Position numbers and translations under genes: made by a program. Under the pieces are notes generated by a model. The model was not told where the DNA came from. It ran no database searches and saw only the letters and a program-made list of their open reading frames with translations. From Negaprion brevirostris (taxonomy: Eukaryota): a stretch of DNA of 64,000 nucleotides. The stretch covers positions 29,154,760 to 29,218,759 of the forward strand of contig JARDVH010000130.1 of the NCBI GenBank assembly GCA_030324005.1, given 5' to 3'. Below, in pieces: positions 25,136 to 38,430 of this stretch. The stretch's first letter is position 1; the number at the start of each line of letters is the position of its first letter.

Positions 25136-28100
25136 AGGTAATAGTAAACCACCGATCACTAACAAAAGAAACGGCTCAAACTGAAGCATCAATAGACAAT
25201 GAGCCAAAGACATGTTTTTGGGCGGAGTTTAATAGGAGGGAATCGTGTTTGACAGCAATCTCTTTTCTAATGCTATCACTTTGAAACAACAAATATGACA
25301 TATATGATAACTGCCCTTTCAATAGTAAAGATTACGATCTCTATGAGAAATCTGATGCCTAGCTACTAATCAAAGACATTTTCATAACCCTTTTTTGTAA
25401 AGGTGATTTCTGAGAGAACTTTGAGAATGTTAACCATTTTCTTTCTTTTGCACAAGAAAAAGCAATGAAATAGAAATACAGCCAACTCAGCACATCTTTC
25501 AGCTTCCAAAGATAAATCCTTTCAATTTTTCTTTGTTCCAGAAGTAGTCACATATGTATCGAAATATATGTGATCATTTGTATTATTGCTACTGTGTATC
25601 CCTCTGTTTTATAAACAGGATCCACACAGTTTAGTCCATTTGGATTAAACTCTCCCAATATCCCAATGTGACAATATCACCCGTCACATGAGACATTATC
25701 CTTTGAGTTCCAACACCAGGCTATGCCACCTACGTCTGTATTATTCATGTCTTTTGTGTTCACCACTCTCACCACTGAAGAGCTAAGAAGAATGACAGTA
25801 GGCAACTCTAAACATAACCTTGCATATTTCATAAAGAATGAAGAAAAAATCCATTTAAAACAAAATATCTCAGTTGTGAATTGTTCTAATATTTGACTGG
25901 ACCAGTTGATGACATCATTAAAACCCCTTAACTCACTTACTACCTCTATATCATTTCCTTTCATTATCCCATATTCAACATCATCATAAAGCTATCTTCT
26001 TTTATGGATTATTGAATTTGTCTTTTGCAGGAAGAGACGATGTGATTGATGTAGTGTGCAGCCACAACGTCAAACCCTCGGCCAGAAGAGTTCCAAACCC
26101 TAGCTGTCCCTAAATTACTCATAATGGAATGTCCTTCCTGCAAGGAGAGCATCAGGAGAACATCCTAATAAAGAATAATTTATTTCTAAGAAATCATTTT
26201 TTGATTTCCAAATTCACAGCCATCTAATGCTATAGATTTACAATTAAACAGGAAACAGAATCAGACTGACCTCCTCCAGATGACTGTTGAGGTAAACCTT
26301 TTGGCCATTGCCTTGACACATGTTACTGTGCTGGAAGTGTCTCTCTATGCAGGAGAGGCTGGGTCAACACGTAAGCAAGGAATGTCCTTAGGGCCTAAAT
26401 AGAGAAGTACTCACTGTTGCTTCGTTCCTTCCAAAAGGGAATTTGGCAGGCCGTTAACTGTTGTTCCAGAGTCAACTGCAGCCCTCTTCTGGCAGGTGTG
26501 TGATAAGGGTGCAAAACTCAAGGTGTACCACCTTGATAACCCTCTGCTAACAATTCAGGGCTACAAAGTGGAGGAAAATACAGCCCGGCAATTTCTTTAC
26601 GAACCTTTGACAAATCAATGTTTCTATCTTTTTTCGCTGGTTCATATCACCTCAGGATATGACTGGTATTATACTGATCTATCAAGTGCACATCTGCTAT
26701 TTTCAAACTCACCTATTTAAAATGATGTTGAGTTTGATCTTAAATAATTTCTTAATTCAGTCATAAGCTGAGTTCAGTGTAATTTCAAGATGAGTAAATC
26801 ATTTTAAGAAAATTATTCACAATAAAGTTTAATCTGCAAAGATGATTTTTGTTTCTGGCAGTCTCAGATAACTGTAAACTTGACTTTGTGTGAACTATCT
26901 GCTTGCAGAACAGCTTTGGACTGTAATTATTTTATTATGACTTTGTGGTCTAAAATAAGCCCATGATAATTTAATCATATTTGTTTAAAATTAAAATAAT
27001 TTACGAGCATTTTAATTGACTCCAAATTTGTGGCTTCTTATTTGGAGAAGAGAAGTGACTGATGGAAACATTACACATGATTAGACACGTTTCACTTGCT
27101 GCAGAAAATGAGATAGGGAATAGTCTGCACTGAATGATAAATCATCCAACCCAAATTCACGCAATGAAGAAAACGTTGTCAATCACTCCCCTGTGACCAA
27201 CAGCAACATTGCACCTAACTCATTGCTGTGGAGTTGCCAAGAGGAAACCAAATGGAAGCCCAGCTGAGATGAGCTAACATTAATTAATTTAACCACTAAT
27301 CAGTTAGATAGTGTGAATTGGTCTGGAGATTTCCCATGGGATAAAGGCTGGCAAGGGCTCTGAAGGTCACCAGCCAAATTCAACACCTCTCCACCAGCTC
27401 CGTCAGCCTCCCCATTAACCTCTTTATGTATCTGCTTTTCCTTGAGGCAATTTCTAAAAGCATAGGCTAAAAAGTTAATGTTGGCATGACATAAATTCCT
27501 CCGAGCTACAAAATCTGAAATATTTCCTGGCTCTGTTAATTATACAGAATTTATGAAGATCATATTTCTACCTTATTGGATTTTTGCAGTATGCTAAGGC
27601 AAGTTGTTACCTGAAAATTGGTAAGGCAAGTGAGTGGGAAGGGGGAGGAATAGATTTTATTCAAAATTCACCACCTTTCTATTTGGATGAATTAAAAGTC
27701 TTTGCAAAAAATCCACTGAATTGTTTTTAAGAAGTATGACTTCTCACCATTCATACTTATCTGCAGCGACTCTGAAGTCAGATTTTGAAACTCTTTTAGG
27801 AGTGGGACAGAGGTGTGCCAGGTCCTCACTGCCATCCCACTCCACAGTCAGTTTTACAGAGATGAGATGGAGGGATGGGGTGAGGGGAGCAGGCTGCTTG
27901 CCCACATGGGGATGATAGCTGACAAGACCGGTTAAAAGACCTTTGAGATCAGTTAAAGGAAACTGTCTGAGATTTTTCAGTCAGTCTCCAGGTTCTTGTA
28001 GGTGACAAAGGGTCAGTTTAGATACCTGGAAGTAAATGCTCTGTAGCAGATTAGTGGATCAGTTCTCTAAAAGTAAGTGGAAAAATCAAAAGCCCTGACT

Positions 28101-29769
28101 TGCTCTTCAGCAGTATCCACTGGTCCCTTTCAAAATGACTGATAAGACCATGATAATCCTGCAAAAAGTAAGCAGCGCAGCTCTGCCCAGTTTATGTCAA
28201 ATTTGACATCAAGATCCTAAAAAAGATGTGTGCCTCTGGAATATGCCAATCAGGAGCTATCATCCTCATAGGGAGTTGCCCCAATATTCTCTAGAAATCT
28301 TCAGTTACTACTTTCAGAGGAGACTGGATGCAGGCAATTCAAATTTCCAGCTCTGCAAAATAAATTGGGAATATTTGGCAAAGTTGAATGCAGAATCATG
28401 CTCCCGATATTCCATTGTAACAATCTAGTTCAAAATCGTGCTTAAAAGTTTCCACTCCCACATCTCACAGCCTCCTTAAGCAATGGTCAGTATCATTATA
28501 CCAGCCTGTGCGCTGGAAATCTGTTTGAAACTTCCCAAGTCCGTTTCATACCAGATTATTACAGCAGCCAGACGAGAAAGGAGACTTTCATTCTAATGGA
28601 CTAGCTGGACTCAATCCCAGAATCTAAAGGTGAAAAGAGAGTGCTTAAGCCAGGGGTCAACTCAAAACAGCCTTACAAGAACTCAATTGGCCAAATACTT
28701 GTTAGCCATGATTCCTGCATACTAATAAACTGTTAGGTTGATTTCCATAAGAAGAGCTTTCAATCTGTCTTAAATTCAGAATGAAGCACAAATAGTGATC
28801 TCGTCAACAATAAAACTGGAAAAATCACAGCCAGTGTAACTTGTCAAATGAATAACACTAGAAAACCATAATCCATTTAGTTCCAACCAGCCGTTAAATC
28901 ACTGAAGCATTAAATTGAGAGTAAGCTAACCAAAGTGTAACAATGGCTAAATGTGACTCATGTTTTTATAGGTGTAATGCCTGTTCAATTTATGTATAAC
29001 AGAAGAAAAGATAGGAAATAAGAAACACTATGATATTCAAAATGATCATAATTAATGACTGGAATAGATGGACTGACTGCTTTGCATTCAATAGATGCAC
29101 TGAAATAGTTCTGTACTCACAGATGCAATAACGCATTCCACATACACTCCTGACTCAAGAAATCTGTCCCACCTTTAGCCTTTTAATGGATGGCATGCAC
29201 CCTTCCTGCTGCTCCTGAAACAAATCCTTCAGGGGAAACATTATGTAACAGCACTTATGAGGAAATAAATTACAACTTTATTCTTCATGTCATTTTAAAA
29301 TTAAATTGGTGAAACCTGGCTGCTTGATTAATTCATCATTCTTGGCTAGTTATCTTCCAAACTCTGTCCAATTCCAGTTAGCTGTGATGCATCACTAAGC
29401 CAAATTGTGAAATTAAGGGAGGTGTTCATCTTCCCAACGCGACTTCAGTACGACAGATATTAGTTAGTTTTTGAAGCTGAAGGGAAAATGCCATTATGTC
29501 ACCAATATAGTTTTAATATTTTAATTTAAACTTTAATATAATTGAATTTCCAACAAACAGTGTAGAAAGTACAAGATAATTAAGAAAGTCACAAATTGGC
29601 ACCAAATAAACAATGATCCTTCTGAACACTGACCTTGATTAAGCAATACATGTTCTGTTGTCACTGTTCTCTGAATTTTCCCAGCCTCATGATGGCGGGT
29701 TTGCCATATTCCCGCTGCCAGGAAACTTTCTTGGGATGGGCTGGAAATCAAATCAGCTGCCTCTCTAAC

Positions 29770-30680
29770 TCAACCTTGAATAAATTCAATGGCCCATCCT
29801 CCACTGTCTTCTGGGGAGAGAATTCCACAGAGTAATGACTCTCAGGGAAAAACGTGCATTCTCATCTCCCTCTTAAAAGGGAGACCTTATTCTTGAATGT
29901 GTTCCCATTATTCTAGCCTCTCTGCACAAGAGGATACACCTTCCTGGTATCCATTCAATCAAGTCCCCATAGGGTTTCAATAAGATCACCTCAAATTCTT
30001 CACCTATGGATGCAGGACCAACGATTATTCATAAGATAAGTCCTTCGCCCCAGGAATAAGCCTGAAGCACTTCTAATGGAATTGCATGCTTTTTTAAATT
30101 AATTTGTGGGACATGGGTGTAGATGGCTGGCCAATATTTGTTGCCCATCCCTATTGCCCGAGGGCAGTTTGAGAGTCACATGTAGGCCAGACCAGGTAAG
30201 GATGACAGATTTCCTTTAGGATTTTCTAAACAATTGACAATGGTTTCATGGTCATCAGCAGATTCTTAATTCCAGATATCTTTTACTAAATTNNNNNNNN
30301 NNNNNNNNNNNNNNNNNNNNNNNNNNNNNNNNNNNNNNNNNNNNNNNNNNNNNNNNNNNNNNNNNNNNNNNNNNNNNNNNNNNNNNNNNNNNNNNNNNNN
30401 NNNNNNNNNNNNNNNNNNNNNNNNNNNNNNNNNNNNNNNNNNNNNNNNNNNNNNNNNNNNNNNNNNNNNNNNNNNNNNNNNNNNNNNNNNNNNNNNNNNN
30501 NNNNNNCACCTCTGCCATTTCTTCCGGTTCCACACAGACTTTTCCCCCTTCACCTTTTATAGGTCCTATCCCTTCTCTTCTCACCCTTTTACTCTTCACA
30601 TATTTGTAGAACGCCTCGGGATTCTCCTTAATCTTACCCGCCAAGGCCTTCTCATGACCCCTTCTGGCTCTTCTAATTAT
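29770..30680 (-). mobile_element. CR1 LINE fragments plus a SINE fragment (30105-30290) around a gap
   Basis: KIKENPEAFYKYVKSKRVRREGIGPIK (CR1 ORF2) at 30507-30644; gggagagaattccacagag...ataagatcacctc CR1 C-terminal region. Confidence 0.75.
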
Positions 30681-31889
30681 TGGAATAATAAAAAAATTAT
30701 CTCCATTTAAACAGTTTCCATTCTTCCTGCTAAAGGGGATGAGTTATTTTTCCATAATATATTCCATCAGTCCACTCACTTAACCAATTGAAATCCCTTT
30801 TGTAGACTCACAGGCATTTTACCACCAGCAGTGTGGCTCCCAATTCCATGCGGAAGTCACCAGTTCAATGGAGGTGGTCTTCCTGTGACAGACCAGATTG
30901 GGGATGGGGGTTCTTAAGGAAATACACTAAGAACGGAGAAACCTAATCCAGCAGAGGAATTTTCCCTGTAACCCTGTCAAACTGCTGCCTGTTTATTTCT
31001 TCATTGATGTACAACCTGTTGAGGCATTCTTTTGGTCCTTGAGCTGCCTCACCAGTGCCTACCTTCTACTGTTAAGGTTCTGTGTTTGGGCAGGCTAAAT
31101 AACAAGACTGGCCACAATCCTTTATAGGTCAGTGAAAGTGGAGGTGGCCAATTAGGAGGCTGTCTCTTGGAAGATTTCTGAGTAGGTTTTGCTGCTGGCA
31201 AGTACAGAGTTGGGACCTCCATTTGGTCCCAATATCAGGGTCCTGAGGTCCGCAGGAAAAGCTAGATCTCTTGCCTTTAAAAGAGCAATGTTATATCATA
31301 TCAGCAGGCTATTAACACAGACAGGACTTCAAATTCATCCTTGCTAAGCAATGATCCTGTCTGCTTGCTGCCATTGAACAAAAGCCATATTCCATCAAAG
31401 TCAGAACAGGGCAGCTTTTGGCATATTTGGTCTTTGTGAACAGATCAGAAATGTTCCAACACTTGTCAAGTTAAGTTTGATTCTCAATTCAAGTCACTTG
31501 GGACCAGCGGACAATTTAGCAGGTACACAGGACCTAAATATTTCAGCAAGTTAAATAAACTCAATGAAGTCATTGGTATGCAATGGAGCTATTTACATGA
31601 AATCATTTACTTTAGTTCGATCTAATCTAATATCAATAAAGTATGCTGTACTTGCTTTCACAATATCCTTTTTAGCCCTCACGAGACTAATTTTCTCTCT
31701 GAATGAATCTCATTTGCTACCTGGTTATCTTCCCAACCAGCTTCCAACAATCACTCCTTATGTCCACTGTTCATGCACATTGTCAAGTGCTCTCTTCCTG
31801 CAGGAAATTGTTATCCCATTAATACAGCTATTATCATCTGCCTTCTTAAAAATCCTATTGTCATCACTTTGTCCACTTTAGCTTCCAGT

Positions 31890-32213
31890 CATAGAATCCC
31901 TATAGTACAGAAGGAGGCTTTTCGGCCCATCGAGTCTGTACTGATCACAACCTCACCTAAGCCCTATTCCCATAACCCCACGCATTTACTCTGCTAATCC
32001 CCCTGACACTAAGGGGCAATTTAACATGATTGATCAACCTAACCAGCACATCTTTGGAGTGTAGGAGGAAACTGGAGCACCAGGAGAAAATCCATGCAGA
32101 CAAGGGGAGAATGTGCAAACTCCANNNNNNNNNNNNNNNNNNNNNNNNNNNNNNNNNNNNNNNNNNNNNNNNNNNNNNNNNNNNNNNNNNNNNACTGTGC
32201 CACCGTGCCACCC
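31890..32213 (-). mobile_element. HE1-type SINE
   Basis: Reverse complement of 8341-8598-type sequence; head actgtgccaccgtgccaccc. Confidence 0.85.
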
Positions 32214-32249
32214 CGTATAAGGAAGTTTAAAATATCATTGCGACTCGAC

Positions 32250-33860
32250 AAAGACTTGTATTTATAATGCAACTTTGACACGGAATTACTTCACACAAGT
32301 TTAATCAAATAAAATTTAGCACCAAGCCACAAGGGTAATGTTTGACCAAAAACTTGGTCAAAAAGATTGTTTGGCTTTAAGGAACATTTTGGAAGAGAGA
32401 GAGAGAGAGAAGCAGAGGAGGAGGAGGAGGGAGAGATTTCCAGAGTTTAGCACATGGGCAGGCGAAGGCATGACATCAATGGTGTAGTGAGAAAATCAGG
32501 AATACTCAGAAGGCCAGACTTGAATACTGCAGAGATCTCACAGTTGGAAGAGCTGGTGGAGATTTCAGAGATGGAGAGGGACAAGACCATAGATGGATTT
32601 AAAAACAAGAATGACGATTTTAAAATTCAGGCCAGCGGTCAGTATGATGGATGATTGATATTGGAGAGGATACAGGTAATGGAGCTTTGGTTAAGCTCAT
32701 AATTACTGAGGGTAAATATGAGGTAAGTCAGGCAAGCATTGGAATAGTCAATTCTGGAGGTATTAAGGGCAGGGTTGAGGGTTCAGTGGTAGATGAGCTG
32801 AGGCAGACATGAAGATGGGTAATGTTACGGGGGTGGAACAGCAAGGCAGTCCTCATCAATCATTCTCCCATTAAAACTGCTATCACCACCTGTCTTCTTA
32901 AAATAGCCTACCTTTGACTCCTTTATTATTATGTGACTATGTCTCCTTTAACTCCCTGTAGTCTTCAATACAGTCACTTTCATGATTTTCTTATGCGCCT
33001 CACATTCCCAAATTCTCTCTTCCTAGGTCCATATCATTATCTCAAAGATCCCACACTTCATTACTTTCCTTGTCCTATTTCTTATCTATAAAAGGCTCTT
33101 GGTAATATAGTGGTGATCGTGGGATTAGGTTCCACATATATGCTGATAACATTCAAATCTATCACCACCCTTAATCTCTAACTGTTACCAAGATGTCTGA
33201 TTGCCTATCTCTCAAGTGCTGGCTGTTCACGTCAACACTGACCAAATAGAGGCCACCTTGTTTTGCTTGTGGCAGACCTTTACACCTCAAGCACCAATTC
33301 CAGCTTCCTCCCTTGATGCTCATGCAGACTAAACATGTAGGCACACATACCTTGATATCCTCTGTTGAGTTGAGCTTCAATGCCAGTACCTATTGCATTG
33401 CCAAAACCACTTCCGTACACCATCAGGAACAACACTTGATTTCCACCATCAATAAACCATTCTCCATAGCTCAAACCAAGAATGTTTTCTTATCACTCTC
33501 CCCATCTTCAGCCTACACACATTTTTAAAACATCCAACACCCTTACAGCCCTGACCTAACTCTCAGGTATCCCACAAATTAGTCCTTCACAGCTTCTATT
33601 GGTTTCACTCTTCAAGCACACTAGCATCAAAATCCTCACTTTTATCCTTAAATCCTTCAGTGAATTGCCAGTAAAATTGTTTCCAGCTTTACAGTGCAGT
33701 ATCGATGCTCTATTCACGTGACTTTCATCTACTGCACATTGTTCCCTTCTCTATTCCCTACTGACAAAGCCTGAAGCCATCTTGCACCTTGCACTTTTAT
33801 ACAAATTTTTTTGCCTTGTGAACTCTATTCATTACCTTGCATTAATGGCTATCTTTTGTG
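32250..33860. mobile_element. Old L2-type LINE remnants with (GA)/(GAG) low-complexity run
   Basis: tgaccaaaaacttggtcaaa terminal motif, purine-rich minus-strand tract followed by a pyrimidine-rich plus-strand tract. Confidence 0.45.
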
Positions 33861-34508
33861 GTGACCTATCCAAAGTTTGTAAAGGTTCAAAGTTTCACGG
33901 AACCTCAGCAATATAATTGGTAAACTGTGTGTTGGAGTTTTCAGTCTTCTATTGCAATATAGAGTCAACACAAATGGATATCGTAAGGTGAGAACTTTTC
34001 AATTATTTCAACAAATCCACATTGTAGTTTTTCAGGGGTAATGCCTCCAATCTTTCCATGAAAGCTAATATTAAAACAATAAGAGTTTTTCATCCAAGGC
34101 AGATTCATATTTAATGTGATCCAAATATTTTACTTCGTCTCTCAATTTAGAATCTAACACCAAAGAGCTTTGGCAAAACAAGTGTGAATGAGAAGCAATC
34201 ATATCATATCATTTGACTAATTACATTCACATTTTCCAAACCTAAAAAAAATTCCTTTAAGGTAGCATGAGAAATTGAAGAAAGTGCAATTGACCTCAAT
34301 AAATTTGTGTTTTTAATAGCATCAACTGTACCATGCTAATTGGGTTTAGAAAGAGCAAGCTGATCTTATATTGACAGCATATGAGCGAGAAAATCAATAA
34401 CTAACTAANNNNNNNNNNNNNNNNNNNNNNNNNNNNNNNNNNNNNNNNNNNNNNNNNNNNNNNNNNNNNNNNNNNNNNNNNNNNNNNNNNNNNNNNNNNN
34501 NNNNNNNN

Positions 34509-34732
34509 CGTGGTTACAGTAAGGTTGGACATTTCCCAGGTAGAAGCCCAAGGACTGAGTTACATCCACAAGATTGGTGAAGTTGAGACTAATACTGTTG
34601 TACAGGACTGAGGTCATGGTAATTTCATCAATGGCCCACACATCCTCTTGAGGCCCAGAGTGATAAGGTTGCCACCATCGGAACTGAATGCCAAATTGCT
34701 GGGCATTGTCTGGGAGCTCCACAGAGATAATT
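34509..34732 (-). CDS. RELN: Reelin exon (~exon 20), 3' end lost in N gap (expected ~237 bp)
   Basis: [74 protein letters not shown], then gap 34409-34508; acceptor ggtcatAG. Confidence 0.95.
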
Positions 34733-35357
34733 CTATGACCAAAAAGAGCTTTGTGTGAAACTTCTACGCAACATAATCAACGAATCATCCCTTTGTATCT
34801 ACAGTATTTCCAACAGGTACAGAGTATGGTAAAATGTAAAGTCAAGCAATGCTCACAGGTGTTGTCCTGCAAAGAAGAATGATTTTGCAAGGTTTTAAAA
34901 ACAGTGCTGTTGAGACAAGAAACTACACAGAAACATGCAGACAACATTTTGATAGACCTCATTCAATATTTATTAAAGGAACATTTTGAGATGGGACCGT
35001 TCCTGCTCTGTAACAAAGGCAGGTAAGACTTCCAACACGAACCATAAGTTTTATAAGACAAAGCTTAGTAAGTAGTTTACGTGAATTTCTGTCAAGAGTT
35101 ACTAAATTACTGAGCAATTAAGGTGGACTTCATGTGTAAGCTACAGATCAAAAGATCAGAAATTCCAGTAACATTCACCATGAAAAGAAACCCAGAGAAT
35201 GATGCAATTTCACTTTTTGAGGTGAGATCATTTCTTACAGAGACCCAAGTGCAGGTAACTTAAACTTGATTAAAATTTAGTCACACATTTTAAGTTATTA
35301 AGGCTGTTGCCTTTTCAGGACCATATGATAACTGGCACAACAGAAACCTCCTTATGG

Positions 35358-35720
35358 GGAGATGGTGGAGAACACCACTAGACTTGTAATCCATAGGTCC
35401 AGACTAATGCTTTGGGGATATAGGTTCACATGCCATAATGGCAGCTGGTGGAATTTAATTAATTTATTAATTAATAAATCTGGACTATAAAGCTGGTCTC
35501 AGTAATGGTGAACATGAAACTATCATCGATTATCGTAAAAACCCAAATTCTTCATTAGTGTCCTTTAGGGAAGGAAATCTGCCGTCCTTACCTGTTTTGG
35601 CCGATACACGGCTCCAGACGCACACTAACGTGGTTGACTCTTAACAGCCCTCTGTAATGGCCTAGCAGATCACTCAGTTCAAGGACAATTAGAGATAGCA
35701 ATATCCCATGAAAGAATAGA
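35358..35720 (+). mobile_element. Shark tRNA-derived SINE (related copies 46720-46945, 51270-51490, 62385-62770 minus; 56960-57131 plus)
   Basis: Shared core aaaaccca...tcctttagggaaggaaatctgccgtccttacctg...gtggttgactcttaac at five or more loci. Confidence 0.75.
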
Positions 35721-35844
35721 GAAAATAAGTTGCTTAAAGGAGAGTCAGCGATTAAAATTAAATAATTAAGTTTGGATGCAAATCTGGATTCTGCTGTTGG
35801 CAACATTAATGGAAGAAAACCTAAAGCAGTTAACACTTCAGAAT

Positions 35845-36183
35845 CATAGAATCCTTAGAATGCAGGAGGAGGTCATTCAGCCCATTGAGTCTACACTGAC
35901 TCTCCAACAGGGCATTTTACCCAAAGCCTTTTACCTAGGCCCTATTTGCATAATCCTGCTAACCTACACATCTTGGGACACTTAATGGACAATTTAGCAT
36001 GGCCAATCCATCTAACTTGCACATTTTTGGATTATGGGAGGCAACTGGCGCACCCAGAGGAAACCCATGTAGACATGGGGAGAACATGCACACTCCACAC
36101 AGATAGTCACCCAAGGATGAAATTGAATTTGGGTCCTGAGCGCTGTGAGGCAACAGTGCTAATCACTGAGTCACGTGCCACCC
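35845..36183 (-). mobile_element. HE1-type SINE, near full length
   Basis: aatttagcatggccaatcca...gcacccagaggaaacccatgtagacatggggagaacatgcacactccacacaga. Confidence 0.85.
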
Positions 36184-37660
36184 TTGATATCCTTTTCAAT
36201 ATTTTACCACAGCACGAATCCAAAAAAATGGATCAGTGGCTTTACTGAATTCATGAAGAGTCAGATAAATCTTCCATTTGCAAACAACACCAACAATAAT
36301 TACTTGTCTTAAATATTAATTATAAACAATACCAAAGCTCTATTTCCACCCACAAACTAAAATATATTTCTGTTTGTGCAAGAAATATTAAAAATGGAAA
36401 CAAGTAAATATTGACTCTCTTTCTATTAAGTCCACAATATAGACTAAAGTCACCAGTTTACGCAGGGTTGCAAGTCATTATATTTAGGCACTAGAGAAAG
36501 TCAAATTTTCATCTCTACATGTTTTCCTAATTGCTAATACTAGTAATTAGTGCCAAGTCTAAATTTAGTACTTGGTCTTTAGTCAAAATGTTCTTACCCA
36601 ATTATGTATTAGAACAGTGCAAACCTTACAAAGTATGGAGCATTAATGAAGAATAATGTCATGTTTTTAACAACTGTCGACATATGGAACAGCAGGGAGG
36701 ACATATTATTGCAGGAAAAAATAATTCTATCTCCATGATTAGCTCCATAAATCAACAACACTGTTCCCACCCAGCTCTGCACCTGACAGGATCAGCAAGC
36801 AACTGGATTTCTTGGCAAACTTGCTGGCCACAGCTACTGCACAGCTCTGGTGATCTTCCTATCTAAGAGTGCTTTCAATAGGCAGCATACTGAATTTCAT
36901 GTCTGCTTTCAATTTACTAACAAATGTAAATCTTTAATATGAAACTGACTTCTGCCTGGTCAACAATTTTGATTGGACAACAATGTTACATCCAAGTTTT
37001 CTAAGATTAAATAAGCTATAAAATAAACTATTAAATAAACAATTGAAAAATAAAATTAATTTAGACTGCGATCATAGGCAGCTGAAATGTCACTGAATGG
37101 CAAAAACTGTGGCAAATGGATTGTAATGTTGGCAAGTGTAGGTCATCACATTGAATCTAAAAGAAAAGAAATGTAACTAAATGGTAAAATGTTAGACAGA
37201 GTGGAGATCCAAACAGACTTGGAGCAGCATTTGCACCCTGATGTGGGTGAGTACCGAGACAGGGCAGGAGAATTCACTCCGCTGACNNNNNNNNNNNNNN
37301 NNNNNNNNNNNNNNNNNNNNNNNNNNNNNNNNNNNNNNNNNNNNNNNNNNNNNNNNNNNNNNNNNNNNNNNNNNNNNNNNNNNNNNNNNNNNNNNNNNNN
37401 NNNNNNNNNNNNNNNNNNNNNNNNNNNNNNNNNNNNNNNNNNNNNNNNNNNNNNNNNNNNNNNNNNNNNNNNNNNNNNNNNNNNNNNNNNNNNNNNNNNN
37501 NNNNNNNNNNNNNNNNNNNNNNNNNNNNNNNNNNNNNNNNNNNNNNNNNNNNNNNNNNNNNNNNNNNNNNNNNNNNNNNNNNNNNNNNNNNNNNNNNNNN
37601 NNNNNNNNNNNNNNNNNNNNNNNNNNNNNNNNNNNNNNNNNNNNNNNNNNNNNNNNNNNN

Positions 37661-38430
37661 GGGAAGAAGCTGTTTTTGAGTCGGCTGGTACATGACCTCA
37701 GACTCCTGTATCTATTTCTTGACAGAAGAAGGTGGGAGAGAGTATGTTCAGGATGTGCGAGGTCCTTGATTATGCTGGCTGCTTTGCTGAGGTAGCAGGA
37801 ACTGTGGACAGAGTCAATGGATGGGAGGCTGGTTTGCGTGATGGACCGGGCATTATTCATGACCCTTTGTAGTTTCTTGCGGCTGGGGCACAGCAGAAGC
37901 CATGCCAAGTAGTGATACAATCAGAAAGAATGCTTTATATGGTGCATCTGTAAAGGTTATTGAGAGTTGTAGTGGCCATACCAAATTTTCTTAGTCTTCT
38001 GACAAAGTAGATGCATTGGTGGGCTTACTTAAGTACAGTGTTGTCATGCGCGGACTAGGAAAAGTTGTTGGTGATCTCGGCCATCTCTACTTCATCCCCA
38101 CTGATAAAGACAGGGGCATGTTTTCCACACTGCTTCCTGAAATTGATGACTGTCTCCTTAATTTTGCTAACATTGGGGGGGAGATTATTGTTGCTGCACC
38201 AGTTCACCACATTCTGTGTCCCATTTCTGTACTCCGTCTTGTCATTGACACCATGGTGTCATCAGCAAACTTGAAAATTGAGTTGGAAGGGAATTTGGCC
38301 ACAGTCATTGGTGTATAAGGAGTATATTAAGGGGCTGAGGGCACAACTTTGTGGGAGACAGCTGTTGAGGATGATGATTGCGGTCTGTGGGTTAGGAAGT
38401 TCAGGATCCAGTCACAGAGGGAGGAGTCGA
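37661..38430 (-). mobile_element. Rex1/Babar-like LINE RT C-terminal remnant (second piece at 44070-44345)
   Basis: KKLQRVMNNARSITQTSLPSIDSV...KAASIIKD..HP...HLLLS..RYRSL...TSRLKNSFF. Confidence 0.75.

Noticed and set aside
25547-25575. Small hairpin tcacatat...atatgtga
   Set aside because: Short AT-rich palindrome expected by chance
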